Shown: positions 9,734 to 20,741, numbered from the stretch's first letter. The stretch: DNA of 64,000 nt from Christensenellales bacterium (GCA_051883555.1 JBJETY010000036.1:3671-67670), one strand, 5' to 3'. Notes: a model not told the origin generated them from the sequence alone. A program made the numbers and translations.

Positions 9734-10837
9734 ATGATTAACGTTTTAAAATTAAATTCAATTTCCAAGAAAGTTAACGACGTTTTGACCAACGGCTATA
9801 CACTGTCGGACGATTGCAAAAATCCTGATGCCGTTTTAGTCCGTAGCTTTGCTATGCACGAATGGGAAGTCCCGAGCGCTTTGCAATGCGTTGCAAGAGC
9901 AGGCGCCGGCGTAAACAATATTCCTTGCGAAGAATACGCAAAAAAAGGTATCGTCGTTTTCAATACCCCGGGCGCAAACGCAAACGCGGTTAAAGAACTT
10001 GTCATCGGCGCTTTGCTTATCTCTTGCAGAAACCTTTTCGAAGGCAATACGTGGGCAAACGGTTTAACGGGCGACGACGTAAAGAAACAGGTCGAAAAAG
10101 GAAAAGCTCAATTTGCAGGTACCGAAATTCTCGGTAAAACAATCGGCATTTTAGGACTCGGCGCAATCGGCAGAAAGGTTGCCGTTGCATGCAACGCTCT
10201 CGGAATGAACGTAGTCGGTTACGACCCGTTCTTAAGCGACGCGGCCAAGGCTGAAATTCCTTTCGCAAAAGTTTTTGCCACAATGGACGAAGTTTTCGCC
10301 ACTTCCGATTTCATCACTCTTCATATGCCGTATTTGCCTGAAACAAAAAATCTCGTCAATGCGGATTCAATCGCAAAAATGAAAGACGGCGTTATCATCA
10401 TCAATGCGGCTCGCGGAGAGCTTGTAAATATCGCGGATATAAAAGCGGCGTTGACAAGCGGCAAAGTACGCAAATACGTTGTCGACTTCCCTGACGGCGA
10501 TTGCCTCAACTTTAAAGGAATTATCGCAATTCCTCACCTTGGAGCGTCAACCGAAGAAGCAGAAGACAACTGTGCAATTATGGCGGCAAACGAAATCAAA
10601 TCGTATATGGAAGAAGGCAATATAATAAACAGCGTAAACCTTCCTAACCTTACCGTTGCAAAGAACGCCAAACACAGAGTCGGTGTTATTTATAAGGGCA
10701 AGCTCGGAAAGGTTGACGGCAACGTTTCCACGGCTTCAAAAGGCGAATATAACTATTCCGTCATCGACAGCGATACTGAAATCGACGCAGCTGCAATTTC
10801 TGCCGACGAACTTATCAAAGTCAGAGTCGTTTATTAA
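9734..10837 (+). CDS. serA: D-3-phosphoglycerate dehydrogenase (D-2-hydroxyacid dehydrogenase family)
   Basis: NAD-binding GILGLGAIGRKVA and catalytic-domain layout. Adjacent to serC. Confidence 0.88.
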   Translation: MINVLKLNSISKKVNDVLTNGYTLSDDCKNPDAVLVRSFAMHEWEVPSALQCVARAGAGVNNIPCEEYAKKGIVVFNTPGANANAVKELVIGALLISCRNLFEGNTWANGLTGDDVKKQVEKGKAQFAGTEILGKTIGILGLGAIGRKVAVACNALGMNVVGYDPFLSDAAKAEIPFAKVFATMDEVFATSDFITLHMPYLPETKNLVNADSIAKMKDGVIIINAARGELVNIADIKAALTSGKVRKYVVDFPDGDCLNFKGIIAIPHLGASTEEAEDNCAIMAANEIKSYMEEGNIINSVNLPNLTVAKNAKHRVGVIYKGKLGKVDGNVSTASKGEYNYSVIDSDTEIDAAAISADELIKVRVVY

Positions 10838-10932
10838 GCTTTAATCATCGCTAGTGGTTTTAAGTTTCTAGTAGTTTTAAAGCTTATCAATCAAAATTGA
10901 ACCGCTTTAATTTAAATCTTTTAAATTGATAC

Positions 10933-10966
10933 AAAAAAGGCTTATCTTATGATAAGCCTTTTTTAT
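10933..10966. terminator. Bidirectional intrinsic terminator (serA / lipoprotein gene)
   Basis: AAAAAAGGCTTATC-ttat-GATAAGCCTTTTTT, a perfect stem flanked by A and T runs. Confidence 0.85.
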
Positions 10967-11429
10967 TAACGAAATATCGATTGCTACGTAATTATTGCTA
11001 GCTACGTAATTATCGCTTGAAATTTATTTTTTTATACGCTCTGCCCTTAGTTCTCATCTTTAAAAATCGCAAATTCTTTAATGTTTATTTTCTAAATGCT
11101 TCCTTTTCCTAAATGCGTTTAAATTGTATTCTTCCAAAACCTCACGCTTTTCGGAATATAATTTTTACAGACAAATTTATTTAAAAACAGATTTTACAAT
11201 ATGCACTGCTTTTATGTAATTTACGATTTTAAATTCTTATTTTACAATGTCGTATGCTATTTTATTTTATAATTTACAAATACGATTTTATTTTGCAACG
11301 TATGTATACGATTTTTCAATATATAATTTTGTTTAATTATTTATTTGTTGTTTACGTATATTCGTTTACCCGCTTATTTGCATATAGCTATTTAACTCTA
11401 TTGCTTGAAATATGTTATTGTTTTAAAAC

Positions 11430-12872
11430 TTATTTTGCCGTCGTCAGAAACTTGGACGCCTGCAAAACAGGAACGACTCCGTGTTTTTCCGTAACCGTCA
11501 CAAGGTCCATGCTCTCTTCGATTCCGTTGCGAATGTACGCTTTCTTTTTGCCCGTTGAATCGTATCCCCACGTCCAAAAAGACGCATAACCGCTTCCGGA
11601 AGAAAATGCCACGCCTTTGGCTTTTGCATAATCGGTAGCCGTCAAAGATAAATTTTCCGCTTCCGTATATCCGGGTATCAAAGTCTTTCCTTCAATCGGG
11701 TCTCTATTTATATCGTAAGAAATAAAACTTTCAAGCGTAGCCAACTGAGCAGAATCTAAAGCTTCTTCAATCAGTCCGGCGACAAAATCGGAAAGCGTGC
11801 TGTCTGAATATCTGTTCGGTGTAAGGCCGCTTCCGCTAGTATCCGTTTCGCTGATATTGAATTGTTCGCAGTCGATAACGCTGTCCGCTATAAGCTTTTT
11901 GTTCGTCACGTTCCATTTAAGCGGTTGAATTTTATAATACTTTGAATCGTATTTTTTATAATACCAACCGTCCGAACCTAAGTAATATCCTTTTGAATCG
12001 GTTACGGAAGTTATCGTCACGCCGTCTTCTTTGAGCGACTTCGGATATGCGCCGAATAAATAACTGCTTCCGCTTACGTTGTTGACCGCCTTATCGCAAT
12101 AATCGTAATAGTCGTCTTTGCCTACTTTAAGGCCGTCGCTCCACGTTGCGGTCACCGTTATATCGGCAGCTCTCGAAGTGTCTATTTCGGTGACGGTACC
12201 CCCTGCATATTTATAACCTCTGAAAAATCTTCCGTAATAGCCTTTTGGCGCAACCAAAGTTATAGGTGCGTCTAAAACGGTAAACTCCGTTACTCCGTCC
12301 ACCGTTGCTCCGTTAAGATTCGAATAAGTCAGTTTATAAGTTACTACATCATAATCGAGCCAAATCGTCGTATCGGATAACATGCGCGCGTCGGCGGAAA
12401 GCTCTTCCGTTTTTGCTTCGTCATAATAACGCCCTACAACCTTATATCCTTTTTTATATATGGATATGCGTGCTAATTCGGCGTTTTCGTCAACCGTTTT
12501 AATTTCGCTCTCGTCGCTGCCTATTACTTTAAGTTCAAGAGAGTATACTTTTATCATCTTGCCGTAAAAGGTCATAGATTGATTCGCTATGGTCATCGGG
12601 TCTAATAGTCCGTCTGCTTCCGACGACTCCAAACTGCTTTCGCTGTCAAACCAACCGCTGAAACGATAACCCTCTTTTTGCACTTCAGGGATACTTCCGC
12701 CTAAACCGAAACCTTTCGTAAGATTTACCGTTTTATACGACTCGCCATCCAAAACGAATTCGATTTCTACCTGCTCAGGTTTATCGGTTTCGTCTCCGCT
12801 GCCGCATGCAGCGCACAGCGTTACGATTAATAATGACAAAACTATAAGGCATAATAATTTGAACTTTTTCAT
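11430..12872 (-). CDS. Secreted lipoprotein with Listeria-Bacteroides (Flg_new-type) repeats and a C-terminal domain of unknown function
   Basis: Signal peptide plus lipobox (LCAACGSG). Repeat signatures YRFSGWFD and GYKVVGRYYDE. C-terminal YYKIQPLKWNV motif resembles the IEWRVL-type domain common in Firmicute surface proteins. Confidence 0.75.
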   Translation of the reverse strand: MKKFKLLCLIVLSLLIVTLCAACGSGDETDKPEQVEIEFVLDGESYKTVNLTKGFGLGGSIPEVQKEGYRFSGWFDSESSLESSEADGLLDPMTIANQSMTFYGKMIKVYSLELKVIGSDESEIKTVDENAELARISIYKKGYKVVGRYYDEAKTEELSADARMLSDTTIWLDYDVVTYKLTYSNLNGATVDGVTEFTVLDAPITLVAPKGYYGRFFRGYKYAGGTVTEIDTSRAADITVTATWSDGLKVGKDDYYDYCDKAVNNVSGSSYLFGAYPKSLKEDGVTITSVTDSKGYYLGSDGWYYKKYDSKYYKIQPLKWNVTNKKLIADSVIDCEQFNISETDTSGSGLTPNRYSDSTLSDFVAGLIEEALDSAQLATLESFISYDINRDPIEGKTLIPGYTEAENLSLTATDYAKAKGVAFSSGSGYASFWTWGYDSTGKKKAYIRNGIEESMDLVTVTEKHGVVPVLQASKFLTTAK

Positions 12873-12930
12873 AATTCCATTCCCCGCTTTTTATTTCTTA
12901 TATTTCTATTGTTTTGTGAACTAATATTTC

Positions 12931-13100
12931 ATTGATTTATATTATATAGGTTCATATTGTATATTAGACTTTATCAATTTATGTTTTACGGATTTATATT
13001 TTATCGATTTACGTTGTTTAGATTTATGTTTTTCTGATTTAAATTATATCGAATTATATTCTACGGATTTATGTTTACGGTTTTATAAATTTATTTTTTA
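12931..13100. repeat. Degenerate tandem repeat array (about 14-16 bp units, core GATTTAT)
   Basis: acggatttatatttt / atcgatttacgttgttt / agatttatgttttt / ctgatttaaattat / acggatttatgttt and similar units, read directly from the sequence. Confidence 0.7.
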
Positions 13101-13222
13101 CATATTTTACACGACAGTAAGAATATATCCCTAAAACTATAAATCCCGTAAGGCTATAAAAATTTATTGATAAACGGCTGTCCGATTAAATAACAACGGC
13201 GGCAATCGCCGCCGTTAATTAG

Positions 13223-14095
13223 TTAGTTCAATATTCTCAATTTATCGTGAATGAGTTTGCAATGTATTTTCTTTAAATCATACAACTCGCCGTCTATCTG
13301 AAATTTGCTGTTATCTAAAATTTCAAGGTCAAATTCGTCACGAACGAATTCTCTCGTTTCGGGACGAGATAAGTGCTTCGTGCGTAAATAACTGAAAAGC
13401 ATCGGATATTTCTGTCCCTTTTTCAGTTTGTCAATCATAACGACGTTAAGCAAACCGTCACCGATAACGGAATTAGGAGACATGTTAAGTCCGCCTCCGA
13501 CGTAAAGACCGTTTGCAATCGACGTTATCAGTATATCGCGGTCTTCCGTAACGCCGTCAATCGTGTATCTGATTTTATGAAATTTAAGATGAAGAACGAC
13601 CCATAATAATGCCGCAAAATAACTGGCTTTGCCCTTCTTTTCTTTTATATCTGCATAACGTTGCAAGATATCGACGTCCATACCCAAACCGCTTACGTTA
13701 AGACAACGTAAATTGTCGTTAATTTGAATATAGTCCGTTCTTCTGACTTCGCCTTTTATAAACTGTTCGACAAAATCGACCGTTTTCGACGGGAACTTCA
13801 TTGCTCTTGCATAGTCGTTGCCCGTTCCGCAAGGAACAAGTCCTAAAGCAATCGTATCGAAATTTTCAATTCCCATAAGGGCTTCGCCAAAAGTTCCGTC
13901 TCCGCCGAAAATCAAAACTTTAGAATCGCTTTGAGTTTTGTTCAACTCTCTTACTATTTCGGTTGCGTGGTTTTTATACTCGGTTTTATGGAGTTTATAC
14001 TCCACACCACGTTTGTCAAATTCAGCAATAAATTCGTTGAATATCTTTTCGCTGCTTCCGCTTTTACTTGTAGGATTGTAAATTATATCAAACAT
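13223..14095 (-). CDS. Diacylglycerol/lipid kinase (YegS/DagK family)
   Basis: GGDGT motif (FGGDGTFGE). The start is moved to the second ATG (14095) because GGGAG sits 9 nt upstream of it; the ORF track starts at 14113. Confidence 0.85.
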   Translation of the reverse strand: MFDIIYNPTSKSGSSEKIFNEFIAEFDKRGVEYKLHKTEYKNHATEIVRELNKTQSDSKVLIFGGDGTFGEALMGIENFDTIALGLVPCGTGNDYARAMKFPSKTVDFVEQFIKGEVRRTDYIQINDNLRCLNVSGLGMDVDILQRYADIKEKKGKASYFAALLWVVLHLKFHKIRYTIDGVTEDRDILITSIANGLYVGGGLNMSPNSVIGDGLLNVVMIDKLKKGQKYPMLFSYLRTKHLSRPETREFVRDEFDLEILDNSKFQIDGELYDLKKIHCKLIHDKLRILN

Positions 14096-14341
14096 TTCTA
14101 TTTCTCCCAACATTTATATTATACACTTTATCTCTTTCTATGTAAAGACAAAAAATTAAATATATTAGCGCCAATAAATTTAGTCTAAACGTAAATCTAA
14201 ATATGACGTCGCAAAATCGCAAACCCAACAAAAATTTCTCGAAAAATTAAAACGAAATTTACGTTCAATCTCATTTTTACTTTCTTTAATTTTTTAAATT
14301 AAATGTAAAAACAAAAAAGAAAATAAAAACCTGATTTCATA

Positions 14342-14369
14342 TTGACAAAAAAATAAATTGCTGTATAAT
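14342..14369 (+). promoter_or_regulatory. Sigma-A promoter of mgtC-like gene
   Basis: TTGACA (14342-14347), 16-nt spacer ending in TG, TATAAT (14364-14369). About 80-nt leader. Confidence 0.6.
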
Positions 14370-14454
14370 ATAATAATCGTTTAAGCAAGATTTTATTTAT
14401 AAAAAATGCGTTTAAACAAAACAAAAAAAATCGGCATATATATTAGGAGAAGAA

Positions 14455-15144
14455 ATGTACGTTATCGACGGTAGCCTTGACGCTCTATGGCTTATATTCA
14501 GAATATTTTTAGCGGGTCTTTGCGGCTTTTTAATAGGCTATGAAAGAAAGACTCGTTCAAAAGAAGCCGGAATCCGCACGCATGCAATCGTATGTATGGC
14601 AGCTTGCATTATGATGATAGTTTCAAAATACGGATTCGCAGACCAGGCTGTAGGCGGAACGAAAGGCGCGGACTCGGCAAGAATAGCCGCTCAGGTCGTC
14701 AGCGGTATAGGTTTCCTCGGCGCAGGCGTAATTATTTATCGTCGTGATATGTTGCACGGAATCACCACTGCCGCAGGTATATGGGCTACGTCGGGTATCG
14801 GACTTGCTCTCGGTGCAGGTATGTACGTTGTAGGCATTGCCTCAACTATCCTTTTGATAGGTTTTCAGGTTTTGTTGCATATACCTTTCAAAGTCCTTCG
14901 CGGCAGAGTGTACAGCATACTTAAAGCGCAAATACAAGTCAACTCGGAAGACGATTTGCAACGTTTCAAAGAAGTGTTCCATTTAAAACGCTTTTTGAGA
15001 TATAAAGAAAATGCGGACGGCAAAGGCGGTTATATCGCAGACCTTGAATTCTCCGTCACGGAAGTTTACACGGCAGAAACTTTACATAGCATAATCGCAC
15101 AGAATCCGTTTATTAAATCTTTGGAAAAATACGAAGAAATTTGA
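14455..15144 (+). CDS. mgtC: MgtC/SapB family membrane protein
   Basis: N-terminal multi-TM MgtC domain (LAGLCGFLIGYERK...GIRTH) plus a C-terminal soluble domain. 229 aa. Confidence 0.85.
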   Translation: MYVIDGSLDALWLIFRIFLAGLCGFLIGYERKTRSKEAGIRTHAIVCMAACIMMIVSKYGFADQAVGGTKGADSARIAAQVVSGIGFLGAGVIIYRRDMLHGITTAAGIWATSGIGLALGAGMYVVGIASTILLIGFQVLLHIPFKVLRGRVYSILKAQIQVNSEDDLQRFKEVFHLKRFLRYKENADGKGGYIADLEFSVTEVYTAETLHSIIAQNPFIKSLEKYEEI

Positions 15145-15208
15145 TTGCTTAAGCTTTTATCGGCGCTTTAAAAAAGATTATTTAAAAAAAGATTATTTTA
15201 AATATCAT

Positions 15209-15238
15209 AAAAGGATAGCGAAATTTCGCTATCCTTTT
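15209..15238. terminator. Bidirectional intrinsic terminator (mgtC / clpB)
   Basis: AAAAGGATAGCGAAATTTCGCTATCCTTTT. Confidence 0.85.
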
Positions 15239-15284
15239 ATACCGTCGAAAAACACTTATGGAAACTTTCCTTTAAGCAAGTCGG

Positions 15285-17861
15285 CTATTTTACAAAGAAA
15301 TTATCGTCGTCGACGTCGACGGTCAAAGTTGCGCCGTCGTCGAGATTGCCTTCCAATATCTTTCTTGCCAACATATTTTCTATATTGGTTTGAATATACC
15401 TTTTAAGCGGTCTTGCGCCGAAATTCACGTCGTATCCGCCTTCTACTATCTTGTCTTTAGCTTTATCAGTAACTACAAGATTTAAATTCTGAGCCGAAAG
15501 ACGCGTCGATAATTTATTCAACATAAGGTCGACGATGTTTTTGATTTCGTCCTTTGAAAGCGGAGTGAACAAAACTATTTCGTCGAGTCTGTTCAAAAAC
15601 TCAGGTCTGAACTGTTGCTTTAACATTGCGTCGATTGCATTTTTCGTTTCGTCGTCGACTTTGCCGTTTTTACTTATTGAATCCAGAATCATATTGCTTC
15701 CGAGATTCGACGTCAGAATTATAACCGTATTCTTAAAATCTACCGTTCTGCCCTGACTGTCCGTAATTCTGCCGTCGTCAAGTACCTGAAGCAAAATATT
15801 GAATACGTCAGGATGCGCTTTTTCGATTTCGTCGAAAAGTATCACGCTGTAAGGTTTTCTTCTGACCGCTTCGGTAAGTTGTCCGCCCTCGTCGTAACCG
15901 ACGTATCCCGGAGGCGCGCCTATTAACCTCGATACGCTGAATTTTTCCATATATTCAGTCATATCGATTCTGACGATGTTTTTCTCGTCGTCAAACAAAT
16001 TCTCCGAAAGAGTCTTTGCAAGTTCCGTTTTACCGACGCCCGTAGGACCTAAGAAAAGGAATGAACCGATAGGTCTGTTCTCATCGGAAATTTTAGCTCT
16101 CGAACGCAAAATAGCTTCCGACACTTTATTGACCGCTTCGTCCTGACCTATAACTCGTTTATGCAACTCATCGGACAGATGCAACAGTTTTTCACGCTCT
16201 CCCTCCATAAGTTTAGAAACGGGTATACCGGTCCACTTTGCCACTATCGACGAAATTTCTTCGCTCGTCACTTCGTCACGCAACAACTTCTTTTTGGTAG
16301 TCTTTTTGTTTTCGGCATTTTTTAAATCTTCGTTCAATTTCGGAATAAGTCCGTATTCGATTTCTGCGGCTCTTGCATAATCGGAATTTCTCTTTGCGTT
16401 TTCCGCTTCGTTTGTGAGTCTGTCGATTTCCGCCTTTATTCCCTGCACGCCCGTAATGCCTTTCTTTTCGGCGTCCCACTGAGCTTTCATCTTTTCAAAT
16501 TTTTCTTTGTTGGCTTTAAGTTCTTGTTTAAGCTTTTCAAGACGTTCGGTAGACAGTTTGTCGGTTTCCTTTTCCAACGCCATTTCCTCGATTTCAAGCT
16601 GAATAATTTTTCTGGAAATCACGTCCATCTCAATCGGCATACTGTCGATTTCCGTTCTTATCATAGCGCATGCTTCGTCTACAAGGTCAATAGCTTTGTC
16701 AGGCAAAAATCTATCGGTGATATAACGGTTTGAAAGCGTTGCGGCGCTCACCAAAGCGTCGTCGTGAATTTTAACGCCGTGGAATATCTCATAACGTTCT
16801 TTAAGTCCTCTTAAAATCGCAATGGTATCTTCCACCGTCGGTTCGTTTACCATAACAGGTTGGAAACGACGCTCCAAAGCCGCGTCCTTTTCGATGTATT
16901 TTCTGTATTCGTCAAGAGTCGTTGCGCCGATACAATGAAGTTCGCCGCGGGCAAGCATAGGTTTGAGAAGATTGCCTGCGTCCATACTTCCTTCCGTCTT
17001 GCCTGCGCCGACGATTGTATGAAGTTCGTCGATAAACAAAAGGACTTCGCCTTCCTTTGCCTTAACTTCGTTCAAAACGGCTTTAAGTCTTTCTTCAAAT
17101 TCGCCGCGGTATTTCGCTCCCGCTATAAGCGCGCCCATATCAAGAGCGATAAGGCTTTTGTTCTTTAAACCTTCGGGAACGTCGCCTCTGACTATTCTTT
17201 GTGCAAGGCCTTCGGCGATAGCCGTCTTACCTACGCCGGGCTCACCGATTAAAACGGGATTGTTTTTAGTTTTTCTCGTAAGAATTCTTATAACGTTTCT
17301 TATTTCATCGTCCCTGCCGATAACAGGGTCAAGTTTATTGTTTTTAGCTCTCTCAACAAGGTCTGTGCCGTATTTTTTAAGAGCTTCCATAGTATCTTCG
17401 GCATTATCCGAAGTATTTGGCGTGATTTTCATTTTCTTTACCTCCTCCGAGTATTTTTTATAATCGACGGCATATTCGGAAAATAGTTTTTTAAGCATAT
17501 CGGTCGGATTTTTTAAAATCAAACCGAATATTCTTTCTACCGACACAAATGCGTCGCCGTCCTTTTTTGCTTCCGTTTCAGAAGTATTCAATATATCCTG
17601 TACTTTCGAATCTACGTATACGCCGTCGCCCGCCATTGAAATTACGGGGAGCTCGCTCAGTTTCTGCGTTAATTTCTTTATAAGGCCGTCGGCGTCAGCC
17701 CCCGTCTTTATGAGAATTTCTTTTGCTACGCTATCTTCACCCGTAAGCAATGCAAGCGCAAGATGTTCGGTTGCAATCTGATTGCTTCCGTTCTTTTTAG
17801 CGTAATTCTGTGCGTCCTGAATTGCCGTTACGGATTTTCTTGTAAATTTTTCGATATTCAT
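15285..17861 (-). CDS. clpB: ATP-dependent chaperone ClpB
   Basis: 858 aa with a Clp N-domain, two AAA+ modules ([16 protein letters not shown]) and a long coiled-coil middle domain. Confidence 0.96.
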   Translation of the reverse strand: MNIEKFTRKSVTAIQDAQNYAKKNGSNQIATEHLALALLTGEDSVAKEILIKTGADADGLIKKLTQKLSELPVISMAGDGVYVDSKVQDILNTSETEAKKDGDAFVSVERIFGLILKNPTDMLKKLFSEYAVDYKKYSEEVKKMKITPNTSDNAEDTMEALKKYGTDLVERAKNNKLDPVIGRDDEIRNVIRILTRKTKNNPVLIGEPGVGKTAIAEGLAQRIVRGDVPEGLKNKSLIALDMGALIAGAKYRGEFEERLKAVLNEVKAKEGEVLLFIDELHTIVGAGKTEGSMDAGNLLKPMLARGELHCIGATTLDEYRKYIEKDAALERRFQPVMVNEPTVEDTIAILRGLKERYEIFHGVKIHDDALVSAATLSNRYITDRFLPDKAIDLVDEACAMIRTEIDSMPIEMDVISRKIIQLEIEEMALEKETDKLSTERLEKLKQELKANKEKFEKMKAQWDAEKKGITGVQGIKAEIDRLTNEAENAKRNSDYARAAEIEYGLIPKLNEDLKNAENKKTTKKKLLRDEVTSEEISSIVAKWTGIPVSKLMEGEREKLLHLSDELHKRVIGQDEAVNKVSEAILRSRAKISDENRPIGSFLFLGPTGVGKTELAKTLSENLFDDEKNIVRIDMTEYMEKFSVSRLIGAPPGYVGYDEGGQLTEAVRRKPYSVILFDEIEKAHPDVFNILLQVLDDGRITDSQGRTVDFKNTVIILTSNLGSNMILDSISKNGKVDDETKNAIDAMLKQQFRPEFLNRLDEIVLFTPLSKDEIKNIVDLMLNKLSTRLSAQNLNLVVTDKAKDKIVEGGYDVNFGARPLKRYIQTNIENMLARKILEGNLDDGATLTVDVDDDNFFVK

Positions 17862-18192
17862 ATAATCTCGCCTCCCTTTTACTTTTTTAATTCCATTTCC
17901 GTTTTTTTCTTTTTAATATTTAATTTCGTCACGCAAGTTCAATAAATTTCGGTTATCTATTTTTTATGCAATTCTTATAAATCGTTATCCATTATTCTGT
18001 CGCCGTCTCCGTATCGTAAATATTTAAATCAAACGACGTCTGCTATAGTTCATGTCGAATAACGCTTATTTATATTTCCGTTCCTTTGCTAAAATTTCCG
18101 TCTTTTTGCTAATATGTCCGTTTTTTGGGTATAAGAAAACCGCCCCCCTTAAGGCCTTTCCATCTCGGATAAATTCAGCATTGTTGTGGAAA

Positions 18193-18828
18193 CTAAATGA
18201 ATTCTTCCATAGACAAGACAAATTGTTTATAAAACTCGTCTACGTCTTCGGCAGATTTAAGCACTCCTGTTGCATATCCTTTCAGTGCTTTGTCGAAAAG
18301 ACGAATATACTTTCCTATACCGTTTGAGATGTAACTTATGTTAAATTCAATCCCCGGCGGCAAAGCAAACGTCCTCTGAAATTTGTTATCTTCATAAACG
18401 TAGCCTATTACGTTTTTACAATACTTGCTTTCTACTGCCATCCATATTTTTATAAATTCGTCTATCCTGACCGTAAGTTCTCCCGACGTCGTACGCCACT
18501 GAACCTTCAACGTTCCCAAGTCGCTCTCGGGAGTTTTGGAAAGCTCGAGTTCGTATTTTACGGTAGGTCTGTATTTATAGTCGAGCGAAGTTTTTAAAGC
18601 CATAGACCTGCTGTTTGACGGGAGCAACGCTTCAAAATACCCGCCGATAAGTTTATCTATGCCGGCAAATATATTTCTCATTTGCTGTTCCGGAGTTTCA
18701 ACTTGCAAATACTCAGCCAGAATTTCGTTTATCAAACTACTTCTGTTTGTTCCACGTTTAACCGCTTCGCCGTCTACTGCCGCAACAACTTTATCGGATA
18801 AAATCAAGCTATACAACGATTTACTCAT
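18193..18828 (-). CDS. Hypothetical protein with N-terminal ribbon-helix-helix (CopG/Arc-like) motif
   Basis: N-terminus ...AVKRGTNRSSLINEILAEYL is RHH-like. The remaining 160 aa or so are unrecognised. AAGGAGG SD. Monocistronic. Confidence 0.6.
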   Translation of the reverse strand: MSKSLYSLILSDKVVAAVDGEAVKRGTNRSSLINEILAEYLQVETPEQQMRNIFAGIDKLIGGYFEALLPSNSRSMALKTSLDYKYRPTVKYELELSKTPESDLGTLKVQWRTTSGELTVRIDEFIKIWMAVESKYCKNVIGYVYEDNKFQRTFALPPGIEFNISYISNGIGKYIRLFDKALKGYATGVLKSAEDVDEFYKQFVLSMEEFI

Positions 18829-19094
18829 TTCAACCTCCTTTGTGATTATAGAATAATACCAGATTTAACTTTTGTCAATAATTTTATATAATTTTTTTCA
18901 CAAAATTTTCATTTTTTATATATTTACACGTTCCGTATATTAGTTTTGTTATTTTAGCTGTTTTTTATATGCGTTGACGGATAATTTTTATTTTGTAATT
19001 TACTTAATTTAGTTTATATTATATAATTATTATATTCTGCATGTCGTTTTTGCAAATTTTTTGCAAACTGCCATACAAGAAAAAGGGAGAAATT

Positions 19095-20741
19095 ATGGAG
19101 AAAAAAATATTATCGACCAAATCGATGTTTGCTTACGCATTCGGTATATTCGGTTTGCAAATTATGATTGGTCTTATGAACAGTTACCAATCGCAATTTT
19201 ACACAACGCTGTTTCATGCCGACCTTATGATTGTTGCGGCTATCATATTAGTTGCGAAATTCATAAGCGCTATCGCCGACTTCATAATCGGCAACATCAT
19301 AGACAGAAGCAATTTTAAATCGGGCAAGATGCGGCCGTTTATTCTGTTTTCGGCATTGCCAATTGCAATTTTAACGACAATTATGTTCATTTACATACCT
19401 TTCAAAACCATGGCGGGTATGTACGTATATATAACGATAACGACGATTTTATGGAACATCGCTATGAGTTTTGCAGACATTCCGTCACAGGGAATGCTCG
19501 CTTTGCTCTCCCCGCGTTCGGACGAGCGTAATGCTTGTGCAGGTATCGCAAACACCTTAAAATCCATAGGACTTGCCGCCCCGGGTCTTGTCGTTCCTGT
19601 AATTTGCGCAATCACGAAATCAGACGTTATCGGAAAAACCGAATATCTTATCGCAACGCTGTTTTTCAGCATATTAGGCGTTGCTCTTTACGTTCTCATA
19701 TACTTTTTCAACAAAGAAGCGGTTCCGTCAAAATCCAACAGAATGACGTTCAAAGAAATGGGAAAGGAGCTTAAAACAAACAAAATGCTTCTGATAGTTT
19801 TTTTGACTTACATGTTAGGTTTCGGCAGAAACATGGCAATGGGAATAGGCGTACAGGCAGCTGCCGTATTCGTAAGAGACGGAATAGATATCTGGATAGG
19901 CTCGTTCCACTATCAGGCGGCAGGAGAAAATCTTCCTTGGCTTATTGGAACGACTTCGGCTATTTCTTCTATGATTTCGATATTGTTAGTTCCTATGATA
20001 AACAAAAAATGGGGCGAAAAGAAAACGTTTATCGTTTTCGCAATTTACGGCTTTGCGATGACGACGATTTCTTTTATTCTTTATCTTAGCGGATATGACG
20101 CTTTCCGTTCTCTTTGGGCAATACTCGTCTATCAATTCCTTGTCGGTTTCTCTTTCGGCCCTAACGGATATCTCCCTATGGTTATGGTAAGCGACATAGT
20201 AGACTATCGCGAGTGGCAAACGGGAGTCAGAACGGAAGGCACGCAGTTTGCCGTTCTTTCGCTGTCGAATAAAATATCAAACGCTCTTTCGGTTGCGGTC
20301 GGTATATTTATCGTCGGTGCGGCAGGCTATCAAGGCGGAATGTTCGGCTCTCAGATTTCGGATAAAATGCAGAATATAGTTTTCGCCGCATATCTCTTCA
20401 TTCCGGGCTTGTGTATGCTTTTAAGCATGATTCCTATGTTCTGGTATAAAATCGACGCAAAGACAAAAGAGGTCATGCATCGCGAACTTGTCGAACGCAG
20501 AGGCGAATTGAGCGACGTTTATGAAGAAGAATTAAAACAAGACGAATCGGACGAACAGTCGCAAAACGCAGAAGATGAACCGCACAAAAAAGAAACGCCA
20601 AAACGCAGCGGTTCTTGCAAAAAGCAAAAAGCGGAAAAATCCGACGACAAAGCAAGCATAAAAGCAAACGAGACGGCGGACGTAGCAACGGACGAAGAAA
20701 AAATCGTGGCAGCCGACAACAACGACGAAACGAATAACTAA
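19095..20741 (+). CDS. MFS transporter, glycoside-pentoside-hexuronide (GPH) cation symporter family, with charged C-terminal tail
   Basis: 12-TM GPH-like layout (FAYAFGIFG..., DRSNFKSGKMRPF motif). The start is moved to ATG 19095, which is preceded by AAGGGAGA; the ORF track starts at 19041. Confidence 0.85.
   Translation: MEKKILSTKSMFAYAFGIFGLQIMIGLMNSYQSQFYTTLFHADLMIVAAIILVAKFISAIADFIIGNIIDRSNFKSGKMRPFILFSALPIAILTTIMFIYIPFKTMAGMYVYITITTILWNIAMSFADIPSQGMLALLSPRSDERNACAGIANTLKSIGLAAPGLVVPVICAITKSDVIGKTEYLIATLFFSILGVALYVLIYFFNKEAVPSKSNRMTFKEMGKELKTNKMLLIVFLTYMLGFGRNMAMGIGVQAAAVFVRDGIDIWIGSFHYQAAGENLPWLIGTTSAISSMISILLVPMINKKWGEKKTFIVFAIYGFAMTTISFILYLSGYDAFRSLWAILVYQFLVGFSFGPNGYLPMVMVSDIVDYREWQTGVRTEGTQFAVLSLSNKISNALSVAVGIFIVGAAGYQGGMFGSQISDKMQNIVFAAYLFIPGLCMLLSMIPMFWYKIDAKTKEVMHRELVERRGELSDVYEEELKQDESDEQSQNAEDEPHKKETPKRSGSCKKQKAEKSDDKASIKANETADVATDEEKIVAADNNDETNN

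Noticed and set aside
11254-11589. A 111-aa ORF in the AT-rich region downstream of serA.
   Set aside because: Its translation is low-complexity (Y/F/I-rich), it overlaps the 3' end of the lipoprotein gene on the other strand, it has no SD, and it lies in tandem-repeat DNA.
17862-18192. A CtsR or CIRCE operator was expected upstream of clpB.
   Set aside because: No GGTCAAA heptad direct repeat and no TTAGCACTC-N9-GAGTGCTAA inverted repeat was found on either strand. Only a local 20-bp degenerate repeat is present (18071-18130).
19041-19094. The upstream start (19041) of the GPH transporter ORF.
   Set aside because: It has no SD. ATG 19095 is preceded by AAGGGAGA, and the protein from there begins like other GPH transporters.
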